DNA from: an uncultured Myxococcales bacterium
Lineage (GTDB): Bacteria > Myxococcota_A > UBA9042
DNA: 64,000 bases
Assembly: GCA_903929795.1 (NCBI GenBank)
Contig: CAIYWC010000039.1
Location: 9,220 to 73,219 of the forward strand
Direction of reading: 5' to 3'
The notes under the pieces are model-generated. The model had not been told where the DNA came from. It saw nothing but the letters and a program-made list of their open reading frames with translations, and did not search any database. Position numbers and translations under genes: made by a program. Of this stretch, positions 20,134 to 28,655 are shown piece after piece. The stretch's first letter is position 1. Every line of letters begins with the position of its first letter.

Positions 20134-21342
20134 TTACCAGAATTTCAGGATCAGCCGCCCGCCGCCCATCCACACGTCCGTCGCACGCGAATTGCGGCCC
20201 GGAATCAGGTCCTGGGTCAAATAGGCGCCGTACAGCTGCAGCGGCAGCCCCAAGCGCATCAGGCTCAAGTCGGCGCCAAAGCGCACCGTGCTCTTGTCGC
20301 CCGGCAGCCACAGCTTGTTGTGGTCCCAATCCCACATCGCCGACTGGGACGTCCACGTCGACTGGTTCACGTGCGCGTACTTCAGCGAAGCGGTCAGCGT
20401 CACAAGCGCCGGCCACTGCGCCGATTTCGCCGGGTCGTGCTGGTTCATCCAGGTCGACAGCGTCGGGCCAATCAGCGGCATCCCCTCGACAAGCACCGTG
20501 CCGCCAAACTGGTCGCCCGGATCGATGCTGTACGTCGGGCCAATGTACGGCGCAAACGTCATCAGCAGCGGCTCTTTTGACCCGGTCGGCGAAACGTACG
20601 TGTGCGGCAGGAACGCGGCGTAGTGCAGATCGATGCCGAAGTTCAGGCGCGTGAAATCATCCCACTTGAACGGCTTTTCCAGGGCAAAATGCAGCTCGAT
20701 ATCCCCGTAATTGTTCAGGTCCCACACGGTCGTGCCGGCCGCCACCAGGTTCTCCGGATCCGCCGGCGTGCCCGTCGGCAGCGCGAACTGGCCGCTGACC
20801 GCCGCCCGCAGGCCATTGTCGTCAAAGATCTTGAGTTTCGAGAGGTTGTAGCGCACGCCAATGACCATGTCCGCCGGTGTCCAGTTGTTGCCGGAGAAGT
20901 CCCCCGGCTTGTCCTGGCCCATGCTCTTGGCCCATTGCCAAAAATCCGACTCGCTGTACGGCCGCCCGAGGTTGTTCTGGTAATCACCCGGAATCCATCC
21001 CAAATTCGGCCGGATGGTCGTATGCACCACGGTTGGCATCGCGATGACCAGGGTCAGGTCATCGGTCACGCCGTACATCAGCTGCGGCACAAAAAGCTGA
21101 TATTTTACATAGGGATTCGCGGTAATCGTCCCCTGCAGTCCGCCGCCCGGCTCGTAACGCTGCAGCCCGTCCATCAGCGGCCGCGCGGTGCGCGAGTCGT
21201 CGTACCGAATGGTCGTCGTCGTGTCGAAATACGCGGTATCAATGACGAAAGTGCCGGTCGGCAGCGTCGACGTGTTGTTGCCGGCGCGCGCCGGGAGCGC
21301 GACCAGGAGCGCGGAAAAGACGAGCCATCGCAAGGACTTCAT
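20134..21342 (-). CDS. Outer-membrane beta-barrel-like protein (hypothetical)
   Basis: Signal peptide MKSLRWLVFSALLVALPARAG. Alternating amphipathic beta-strand pattern. C-terminal ...GGGRLILKFW aromatic terminus is typical of OMPs. Confidence 0.6.
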   Translation of the reverse strand: MKSLRWLVFSALLVALPARAGNNTSTLPTGTFVIDTAYFDTTTTIRYDDSRTARPLMDGLQRYEPGGGLQGTITANPYVKYQLFVPQLMYGVTDDLTLVIAMPTVVHTTIRPNLGWIPGDYQNNLGRPYSESDFWQWAKSMGQDKPGDFSGNNWTPADMVIGVRYNLSKLKIFDDNGLRAAVSGQFALPTGTPADPENLVAAGTTVWDLNNYGDIELHFALEKPFKWDDFTRLNFGIDLHYAAFLPHTYVSPTGSKEPLLMTFAPYIGPTYSIDPGDQFGGTVLVEGMPLIGPTLSTWMNQHDPAKSAQWPALVTLTASLKYAHVNQSTWTSQSAMWDWDHNKLWLPGDKSTVRFGADLSLMRLGLPLQLYGAYLTQDLIPGRNSRATDVWMGGGRLILKFW

Positions 21343-23231
21343 GGCGCACTCGTCAAGTCAAAGGTGTCAAAGCTCGAGTCCGTCGCCGGCACCGTCCCCA
21401 GCGCGGCGTGCAGCAGCCCGAGGCCCGGTTCGATCACCACCGCCGTCATCGAGTCGTGCTGGTCGACAAGCACCGGCTCGCGCATCGTCGCAATGACGGT
21501 CGCAAGATCAAACTTGCCGTAATTCAAGGTGATTTGCTGCGCCAAGTTGGCCATCGCGCGGACCGAGGAGAAGTAGTACGAGCTCCAATCGCGCTGCGGC
21601 CGGAGGTTGAAAATGCCCAGGTCCATCGCGAAGTCATTGGCAAGCGGGCGGAAATGCGCGCCCATGCGGATGTCGTCCGGCTTTTGCGACGCCCAGGGCA
21701 CGCCCCACTGGTCCACGCCCGCCGCGTCGCCGGGGTCCGGCGTCCAATTCGCGCGGCCCTGACCCGGATCCGCGATGACGCCGCCCATGCCCACATCGCG
21801 CCGGACTTCCACCGCGCGCAGCTTGCCGCCCTTGTCCGCGAACAGGAAATTCCAGCCAAAAGTCGGCGTCGTGTCGTACGCGAGCGCCGCCGCCTCGTCC
21901 GCGTCGTGCGCTTGGGTCAGGATGTCGCGCAGCAAAAAGCCGATCGGCTCGCCGCTGGACACAAGCTGGGCGTCGAAAAAATTGGTCAGGAACTCGCCGA
22001 CGAGCGGATTGTTCAGCGTATCCGAATGGTTACAGCCATACGCCACGCCCTCGCTGTTCAGCCCGGCGAAGCCGTAGGCAATGCCGACCCAGCCGACAAA
22101 CGCGTAGCTCGGCCCGGTGTCCGGATGGTGAATCTGCACGACGGTGTGCTTGTGCGACGTGCCGGCGTCCAACAGCGAAAAGTGATGCGCCAAGCGGACT
22201 TGGCCATCCGGCGTCGCGCTCTTGCGCAGCGCAAAGCTGATCGACGGCGGCTGGCTGGTCCCGTCCGAAATGCCCATGTTCGGCACAAGATGCGGCGGCT
22301 GGCCAAAACCCTTGGTGCTCAACGTGAACTGCTCCGTGCGCATCCGGTGTTCGTGGGACGGCGGCGGCTCGGTCGAGATCTTCGTGTCGCCCGCCTGCAC
22401 CTGGATCGTCACGATCGGCTGGGTCCACGGCGCAGCGGGCGTCAGCGTCACGTCCGTGTCATGGATCAGCGGCTGGCCCGTCGCGTCCGTCGGCGTGACA
22501 ATCTGCAGCTCCGGCGAGGCCTGCGTGTACACGTCGCCGTCCACGAGGATGCGCACGGACAGCGGATCGACCATCGCGTCGTCGTCGTGCATCCGGATGC
22601 GCACTTTGGCCGCCTGCGGCACCTCGACCCACATCGCGTAAGGCAGCGATTCGTAAGCGGCAATCAGCGACTCGCCCGGCTCATCGGTCGTGCCATCGCC
22701 GTTGTTGTCCACGCCATCGCCCACCAAGCTCGCGCCCAGCCATTCGACCTCGGTCACCCGCGGCGCCCCCGCCTGCTGCAGAAAATACGTGATGCCGCGC
22801 GCCGCCAGCGTCGTGTCGACAAAAGTGTTCAGCACCAGGATGTCCTGGTAGTCCATGTGCGCGCCGTCGGCGATGCCTTTCATTTCATCGATGTAGGCCT
22901 GCGGAATCGACGCCTCCAACGCCTTGGCCGACTGCTGCAGCAGCAGCACGGAGAACTGGCCATTGCCGTATTCCGGATGCAGCGTCGCGTCGTACGTGTG
23001 CAAATACGCTGCGATATCTGGCTGGTTGCGGTTCAGGTACGGAATCAGCGAGGTGGTCAGCAGCGTCGTGTAAAACGACTTGATGAGACTCTCCATCTGC
23101 TGGCCGTGCTGAAACCCGCGATCGTATGGCTTGCCGGTCAGGTGCAGGACCTGGTAGCGCGGCGGCGGCTGGGCGGCGCACGCAGTCAGAGCGAGAACGA
23201 CAACCAGCAGGGTGAAAGCGTGTTTCTGCAT
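21339..23231 (-). CDS. Lipoprotein of the C45 / acyl-CoA:6-aminopenicillanic-acid acyltransferase (Ntn-hydrolase) family with a large insertion
   Basis: Lipobox LTAC. N-terminal LHLTGKPYDRGFQHGQQMESLI matches the AAT/C45 N-terminal motif. Later ...AFVGWVGIAYGFAGLNSEGVAYGCNHSD resembles the C45 core. About 250 extra residues include DGVDNNGDGTTDEPGE. Its stop overlaps the OMP gene start (ATGA). Confidence 0.55.
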   Translation of the reverse strand: MQKHAFTLLVVVLALTACAAQPPPRYQVLHLTGKPYDRGFQHGQQMESLIKSFYTTLLTTSLIPYLNRNQPDIAAYLHTYDATLHPEYGNGQFSVLLLQQSAKALEASIPQAYIDEMKGIADGAHMDYQDILVLNTFVDTTLAARGITYFLQQAGAPRVTEVEWLGASLVGDGVDNNGDGTTDEPGESLIAAYESLPYAMWVEVPQAAKVRIRMHDDDAMVDPLSVRILVDGDVYTQASPELQIVTPTDATGQPLIHDTDVTLTPAAPWTQPIVTIQVQAGDTKISTEPPPSHEHRMRTEQFTLSTKGFGQPPHLVPNMGISDGTSQPPSISFALRKSATPDGQVRLAHHFSLLDAGTSHKHTVVQIHHPDTGPSYAFVGWVGIAYGFAGLNSEGVAYGCNHSDTLNNPLVGEFLTNFFDAQLVSSGEPIGFLLRDILTQAHDADEAAALAYDTTPTFGWNFLFADKGGKLRAVEVRRDVGMGGVIADPGQGRANWTPDPGDAAGVDQWGVPWASQKPDDIRMGAHFRPLANDFAMDLGIFNLRPQRDWSSYYFSSVRAMANLAQQITLNYGKFDLATVIATMREPVLVDQHDSMTAVVIEPGLGLLHAALGTVPATDSSFDTFDLTSAP

Positions 23232-23349
23232 CGCCGGCATCGTGCCCGGAACGTGGCTGGCTTGCAAGCGCGCGCTGGCACAAGATCCCGGCCCGCGACT
23301 GTCCTCAGCGCAGCGTTGGTGCTATACGAAACAGCGAGAAGGAGGCCCG

Positions 23350-24366
23350 ATGACTCAGCCGAACAGCTACCAACTCGTGCAGGCGAGCCACGCCGAGATG
23401 GCGCAGCGCTGGCGCCATCACCACAGCGCGTGGGGCAGCGGTATGCCGCTGGAGCTCTACCTGCGCCGCGAGGAGACGCTGAACGATGGCGAACTGTGCC
23501 GCAACCACATGCGGATGTGGCTGCTGAAGAACGATTCTGAAGAGATCCTGGCGAGTTGCGAAACTTACGCGGCGCGCATCTGGTACGGCGAGGCGGAAGG
23601 CGACCTGAACGGCCTGAAGCTGGAGACCGTGGCGTCGGTCCTGGTGGAACCGCGTTTGCGGATGCAGGGTTACGCGGGCGAGCTGCTGCGTGAGCTGGCC
23701 GAACGGCTGCGCTACGAAGAGGTCGCGGCGGCAGCGCTGTACTCGGACGTCGGGCCGGGGCTCTACCGGCGCGCGGGGTATTTTTTGCATCCGGCGCGCG
23801 AGTCGATCCGCACGGTGGCGGGCGAGCCGTGGCCGGACGCGGCCGACGAGATCACGCTGGCGGAAGTCGCTGATTTGCTGAAAGAAGAACCCCGTCATGT
23901 TCACGCGCGTTTGGCGATGACGTCCGTGCCGGCGATCCTGGAAGTGCCGACGGCGGAGCGCGTGGCGTGGTTCAACGTGCGCAGCCACTACCGGGCGTGG
24001 GCGCGCGGCCAGCAGACGCCGGTGGTCGTGGGCGCGCGCGGGCCCGATGGCGGCTACATGCTGTGGACGGCCGATGCGCCGGATGCGGTGCTGCACGCGC
24101 TGCTGTGGCGGCCGCGCAGCCCGGAGGACGCGGCGATCCTGGCGCAGGCGGCGATGGCGCAGGCTATCGATCAGGAGCTGCAGCGCGTCGTGTGGTGGGA
24201 TGGCGATCGCGACACGGGCCTGGACCCGTACCGCGCGCCGGAACTACAGCCGCCTGGCACGCTGCCGCGCACGCGCGAGTCGTCCCTGCCGATGCTCACC
24301 TGGCTGGATCCGGCGCGGCCGATGCCGCTGGTCTGGGGCGGAATTGAGCGCCTGGGCTGGTGTTAG
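23350..24366 (+). CDS. GNAT-family acetyltransferase-like protein (Eis-like architecture)
   Basis: RBS aggagg before the ATG at 23350. ...LVEPRLRMQGYAGELLRELAERL fits GNAT motif A (R/Q-x-x-G-x-G/A). Length about 340 aa. Confidence 0.5.
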   Translation: MTQPNSYQLVQASHAEMAQRWRHHHSAWGSGMPLELYLRREETLNDGELCRNHMRMWLLKNDSEEILASCETYAARIWYGEAEGDLNGLKLETVASVLVEPRLRMQGYAGELLRELAERLRYEEVAAAALYSDVGPGLYRRAGYFLHPARESIRTVAGEPWPDAADEITLAEVADLLKEEPRHVHARLAMTSVPAILEVPTAERVAWFNVRSHYRAWARGQQTPVVVGARGPDGGYMLWTADAPDAVLHALLWRPRSPEDAAILAQAAMAQAIDQELQRVVWWDGDRDTGLDPYRAPELQPPGTLPRTRESSLPMLTWLDPARPMPLVWGGIERLGWC

Positions 24367-26738
24367 CCGCGCAGCTTGCGCCGCCGCCGAAGCAGGAGGC
24401 CCACGCACGCCAGCACCGCCGCGCACGCGCCCGCCGATCCCGCAGCGCCCGCGGAGCAGCCTGACGCCTTGCCGCTGCTGGCATCTGAAGCGCCGCCGTT
24501 GCCGCTGCCGACGACCGCCGCCAGCACATAGCAGCCGCCGATGTTGGCATTGACCGCCGCGCAGCCCATGCCGGTGCCGCACTGCGCGTCGCTGGGGTCG
24601 CACGGGGTCTGGCAACGGGCGGCGCCGCTGGCGGTGATGTCGGGCGCGCAAAAGAGCGAGGCGCAGTCGGCGTCGCTCGTGCATGGTTGGTAGTTGGCGC
24701 TGCCGCCCGCGGCGTGGCAGATGCCGGCCTTGCTGTCGGCTGCCGTCCGCTCGCAGCTCAAGCCCGGGGTGCAAGTGCCCGGGTTGGCCGTCACGTCGCA
24801 TGCGCCGCCCTCGGCCGTTGTGCCCACAACCGGGTCGGGCTGCTTGCCGCCGACGCATTTCCCGCCGGTGCACGTGCCGCCCGCGCACTCGCTGGTAGCC
24901 GCGCACGCGCCGCCCGCGGGCACGCATGCGAGCTTGGCGCCGGCAAAGCACAAGCCACCAGCGGTCGTGTTCAGGCACGCGAAGCCGCACGGGCAGGTCG
25001 TCGCGTCGCCGACGGTGCAGACCTGTGTGCAGGTTTGCGCGCTGGGCCCGGCGACGCACAGGCCGCTGCCGCAGCTGCCGGAGCTGTCGCAGGTCGCGCC
25101 GAGCTGTTTCTTGTCGGCGGTCGCGGGAATGCAGGCCATGGACCCGTCCGCCTGGGTCGCGCAGACGTCCGTGCCGCTGCAATCGCTGGCGCTGGCGCAC
25201 GGCAATCGGCACCAGCTTTGCGCGTCGGTGGCGTTCAGCTTGACGCAGTTCGCGCCGGCTGCGCACGCCGCAGTGGACGTGCACTGCGCGCCGACCGCCA
25301 GCTTGCCGCCGGTGCCGGGAACGCACGCGGAATAGCCGCCGGACTGCGCCGTGCAGCCCTGGCCGCTGGGACAATCGACGGCGTTGACGCACTTGGCGCG
25401 GCAGAAGCCGGCGACGCACGCCCCCGATTGGCAGGCCGCCGAGTCGGTGCACGCCGCGCCGTTCGCGCTCAACCCGCTGCCCGGGACGCAGACGCCCTTG
25501 CCAACCGTGCCGGTAGACTGGCAGCTCTCGGACGCGCTACATTGCGTCGGGCTGGCGATGGTGCACGGCACGCGGCAGACGCTTTGGAAGCACAGCGCGG
25601 TTGTGCAATCGGTGCTGACGGCGCACGGGTCGCCGGCGTTGGCGGTCGGTCCGGTGGTGCCGCCGCTGGACGGGACGCACGCGCCCTGGCCGTTGCCGTT
25701 CTGATAGCCGATACAGGTAAAGCCCGCGCCGCAGGTGGACGCCGCCGTCTGGCAGGTCTGGCTGCAGTAGGACGTGGTGTTGACGGCCTGGCAAAACAGC
25801 GGCGACGCGCAGTCCGAGTCGAGGCTGCAGACCGTGCCGAGCTTGCCGCCCGTCGGCGTCGTGGTCGTCGCCGTCCACGAACAGGTCGACGTGCCGGTGT
25901 CGCAGCTCATCTTCGCCGCGTAATATTCCTGGCCGCTGCTGTCGGTGCCGTTGATGTACGGGCAATCGGCGTCGGAGGCGCAGGTGTATGGCGTCTTGGG
26001 ATTCAAAAAGCAAATGATCTTCTCGTCATCGGCCGAAAGCGTCGCGGTGGCGCCGTTGGGATCGACCTCGGGCGCCATGGTCGGTGGGTCGGTCTGCGAA
26101 TAGTTCAGCACGTGCTGCGCGCCAAAAAAGTGGCCCTCCTCGTGAATCGCCACGCTCAGGATGTGCATTTTGGTCTTGGCCGTCGGCGTCGGTGTCTGGC
26201 TCCATGGCCCCGCGTCAGCGAAATTGGCCACCCAGTTGTAGTAATAACCGTTGAACGCGATGTCCGCTTCGTAGATTTTGCCCGAGGTCGGATCGAACGA
26301 CGGCGAGGTCACGCCCAGCACATACGCGCCAAAAGTCCAGGCGTTCGTGGTGATGTAGACCAGCTCATTGCGGCTGTTTGTGGAGCCGACCGGCGTCACG
26401 TTCAAGTTTTTGGCGCTGGGGCAATCGGCGTCCGAGCTGCAGCTGACGCCTTTGTCGTACGTGCACGCGCCGCCGTTGCAGTGGTGGTTCAGCGCGAACA
26501 GCAGGTTGCCGCACGCGACCGCCATCCAGCCCTGAAAACCGAGCTGCAACTGCGTCGCCGTCACCGCCGGCGTCGTGCCCGGCGCGCCCGCGGGGTGAAT
26601 GTAGTAACCCACGCTGGTCTCGGTCCAGTGCAAAAAGCTGTGCGAGCCCGGCTGCGGCACGCCCACCGAAAACGCCTGAAGCGTCGTCGGCAGCAGAAGA
26701 CATGTCAATAGAATCAGGGACTTGATAAACGTCCGCAT
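24363..26738 (-). CDS. Secreted matrixin-like zinc metalloprotease with Cys-rich repeats and a C-terminal MYXO-CTERM sorting signal
   Basis: Signal peptide MRTFIKSLILLTCLLLPTTLQA. HEEGHFFGAQH matches the metzincin motif HExxHxxGxxH. About 10 Cys-rich modules follow. The C-terminus ...GCSAGAAGSAGACAAVLACVGLLLRRRRKLRG is the MYXO-CTERM pattern: Cys, hydrophobic stretch, Arg cluster. Confidence 0.8.
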   Translation of the reverse strand: MRTFIKSLILLTCLLLPTTLQAFSVGVPQPGSHSFLHWTETSVGYYIHPAGAPGTTPAVTATQLQLGFQGWMAVACGNLLFALNHHCNGGACTYDKGVSCSSDADCPSAKNLNVTPVGSTNSRNELVYITTNAWTFGAYVLGVTSPSFDPTSGKIYEADIAFNGYYYNWVANFADAGPWSQTPTPTAKTKMHILSVAIHEEGHFFGAQHVLNYSQTDPPTMAPEVDPNGATATLSADDEKIICFLNPKTPYTCASDADCPYINGTDSSGQEYYAAKMSCDTGTSTCSWTATTTTPTGGKLGTVCSLDSDCASPLFCQAVNTTSYCSQTCQTAASTCGAGFTCIGYQNGNGQGACVPSSGGTTGPTANAGDPCAVSTDCTTALCFQSVCRVPCTIASPTQCSASESCQSTGTVGKGVCVPGSGLSANGAACTDSAACQSGACVAGFCRAKCVNAVDCPSGQGCTAQSGGYSACVPGTGGKLAVGAQCTSTAACAAGANCVKLNATDAQSWCRLPCASASDCSGTDVCATQADGSMACIPATADKKQLGATCDSSGSCGSGLCVAGPSAQTCTQVCTVGDATTCPCGFACLNTTAGGLCFAGAKLACVPAGGACAATSECAGGTCTGGKCVGGKQPDPVVGTTAEGGACDVTANPGTCTPGLSCERTAADSKAGICHAAGGSANYQPCTSDADCASLFCAPDITASGAARCQTPCDPSDAQCGTGMGCAAVNANIGGCYVLAAVVGSGNGGASDASSGKASGCSAGAAGSAGACAAVLACVGLLLRRRRKLRG

Positions 26739-26777
26739 GGGCGTCGTCTCCACTGGGTGCGCGCGGTGGCGCCTGCA

Positions 26778-27425
26778 CTACTTGACGCGCTGAACCGGAA
26801 TCGGCGCCACAGCCGGCGGCGGCGCGGTCTTTTGCGCGGCCAGGACGTCCGCCTTGAAGTCCGCGAGCGCCTTGGCCGTTTGGGTCGGCGGCGCGATCGG
26901 CGCCACGGCGCCAGTCTGTTGATTTTGCGCAAGAAAGTGCACGTCCGCCAGCTGCCGCACCACTGTCTTTCGGCCCGCCTTGTCGGTCTGTACCTGCCAC
27001 TTGCCCTGCGGCCCGCCGCACACGGTATAGCCCTGCGCGGTCTTTTCCAGCGCGACCACAACCTCCTCGCCCACCGCGAACTGCGGCATTCCCGGCACCG
27101 TCACCATCAGGCCGTCCGTGCGCAGCCCACCCGGATGCGCCCACGTCAAGCGCTTGCCCACGCGCGCGGGGCTCACTTTCAGCACCGCGTCGCCCTTCCA
27201 GACATCATTGATTTCCAAGGTAAATTCCGTCCAGACACCTTGGCCGGCGGCACGGCGATCGCGGTTTTGCACCGCGACAATCTTGCCGTGCAGCACGAGC
27301 TCGGACGTCTGCACCAGCTGCGGTAGGTCCACCGCGAGCACGGTCATCGCCTGGACGGGCGCAGCGTGCGAAACGGCCACCAGCGTCAGCAGGCCGGCGA
27401 AAACGAAGCGAAAAAAGCGGGACAT
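26778..27425 (-). CDS. Secreted hypothetical protein
   Basis: MSRFFRFVFAGLLTLVAVSHAAPVQA is a signal peptide. Clean frame. Co-directional and 40 nt upstream of the metalloprotease gene. Confidence 0.5.
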   Translation of the reverse strand: MSRFFRFVFAGLLTLVAVSHAAPVQAMTVLAVDLPQLVQTSELVLHGKIVAVQNRDRRAAGQGVWTEFTLEINDVWKGDAVLKVSPARVGKRLTWAHPGGLRTDGLMVTVPGMPQFAVGEEVVVALEKTAQGYTVCGGPQGKWQVQTDKAGRKTVVRQLADVHFLAQNQQTGAVAPIAPPTQTAKALADFKADVLAAQKTAPPPAVAPIPVQRVK

Positions 27426-27494
27426 GGCGGCATCCACTGGGCGCGATGGCGCGCACGTCCCAACGATAGCCGAATCCGCGGCGGATTCAACCGC

Positions 27495-28478
27495 TCATCG
27501 GTCCGCGGCCGCCGCCGCCAAGGCAAACGCGGCGTCCGTCGCGCCCTGGAGCGCCACCTGCGGATCGCGCAGGGCGAGCACCGGGACCTCGCGCATCAGC
27601 GGCTCGTAGCGGCCCTTGGCATGAAACGCTTGCAAAAACAATGGCTCCTGCAAAATCGGCCACAGATGCGCGGTCAGGCCGCCGGCCAGATAGACGCCGC
27701 CCATCGCCCAGGTCGTCAGCGCCAGATTCCCCGCCTGCGCGCCCAGCAGCCGCACCAGCCAGCGCACGGCCCGCCCGCAGGTCGGACACGCGCCCGACAG
27801 GCCATGCGCGCCGATCGCCGCCGCAGGATCGCCCCCGATCTGCCCTGCCGCACACGTTGGCGCGCCCAACCGCTCCGTCAGACAGCGCCAGATCAGCTGC
27901 AGCCCAGGGCCCGACACAACGCGCTCCCAGGAGACGTGCTGCCAGTGCGCCCGCGCGAGCTGCCACAGCGCGAGGTCCGCATCGTCGGCCGGCGCGAAAT
28001 CGACGTGGCCGCCCTCGGTTGCCTGCACCTGCGCGCGGCCGTTGGCGTACCACACGATCGCCTGGCCCAGTCCCGTCCCCGGCGCGATCACCACGCGCGG
28101 TCCCGGCCGCGGTTGCCCTGTTTGCAGCACCGTGAGCGCGTCCGGCGGCAGCGCCAGCGCGCCGAGCGCCGTCGCCGCCAAATCGTTCAGCAGCTGCACC
28201 GGCACGCCCAGCGCGGTCTGGAGATCGGTTTGGGTCACCCGCGGCCAGGGCAGGTTCGTCGTCTGCGCCGCGCCGTCGATCACCGGCGCCGCGATGCCCA
28301 ACGCCACCGCGGCCAGCGCGTCCCCGGGCTGCAGGAACCGCTGGAGCAGCGCGGGCAGGCTGACGAAATCGCGGCTTGGCAGCGTAGCTTCACGCAGGAC
28401 CACATGCGCCCGCGCATCGCCGCGCGCCAGCCGCAGCCGCCCGTTGGTCCCACCGATGTCCCCCGCAAGCACAAGCAT
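27495..28478 (-). CDS. glk: Glucokinase
   Basis: MLVLAGDIGGTNGRLRLA... is the glucokinase N-terminal ATP motif, followed by ...LLNDLAATALGA..., ...GTGLGQAIV... and ...GGVYLAGG. ATG at 28478. The longer 486-aa ORF upstream is an R-rich extension. Confidence 0.8.
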   Translation of the reverse strand: MLVLAGDIGGTNGRLRLARGDARAHVVLREATLPSRDFVSLPALLQRFLQPGDALAAVALGIAAPVIDGAAQTTNLPWPRVTQTDLQTALGVPVQLLNDLAATALGALALPPDALTVLQTGQPRPGPRVVIAPGTGLGQAIVWYANGRAQVQATEGGHVDFAPADDADLALWQLARAHWQHVSWERVVSGPGLQLIWRCLTERLGAPTCAAGQIGGDPAAAIGAHGLSGACPTCGRAVRWLVRLLGAQAGNLALTTWAMGGVYLAGGLTAHLWPILQEPLFLQAFHAKGRYEPLMREVPVLALRDPQVALQGATDAAFALAAAAADR

Positions 28479-28655
28479 CCGCGCCAGAATAGCGACGAAA
28501 GTGCCGAACACGCAACCGATCACGCGCGTCGCGCTCGACTTTTCACCGGGCCGCGCGCATCCTGTTTGGCGCCCGAGCGGACGCGGCCGACCGTCCGGCA
28601 TCCTCCTCCCGGAACGGAGCTCCGTCGGCTGACCGACAGTTCCCATCGAAATCCC

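Noticed and set aside
27366-28655. N-terminal 430 codons of the 1354-aa ORF containing sucA
   Set aside because: This stretch is antisense to glk and Arg-rich. sucA begins at the conserved MNFTDPHSLL at 28656.
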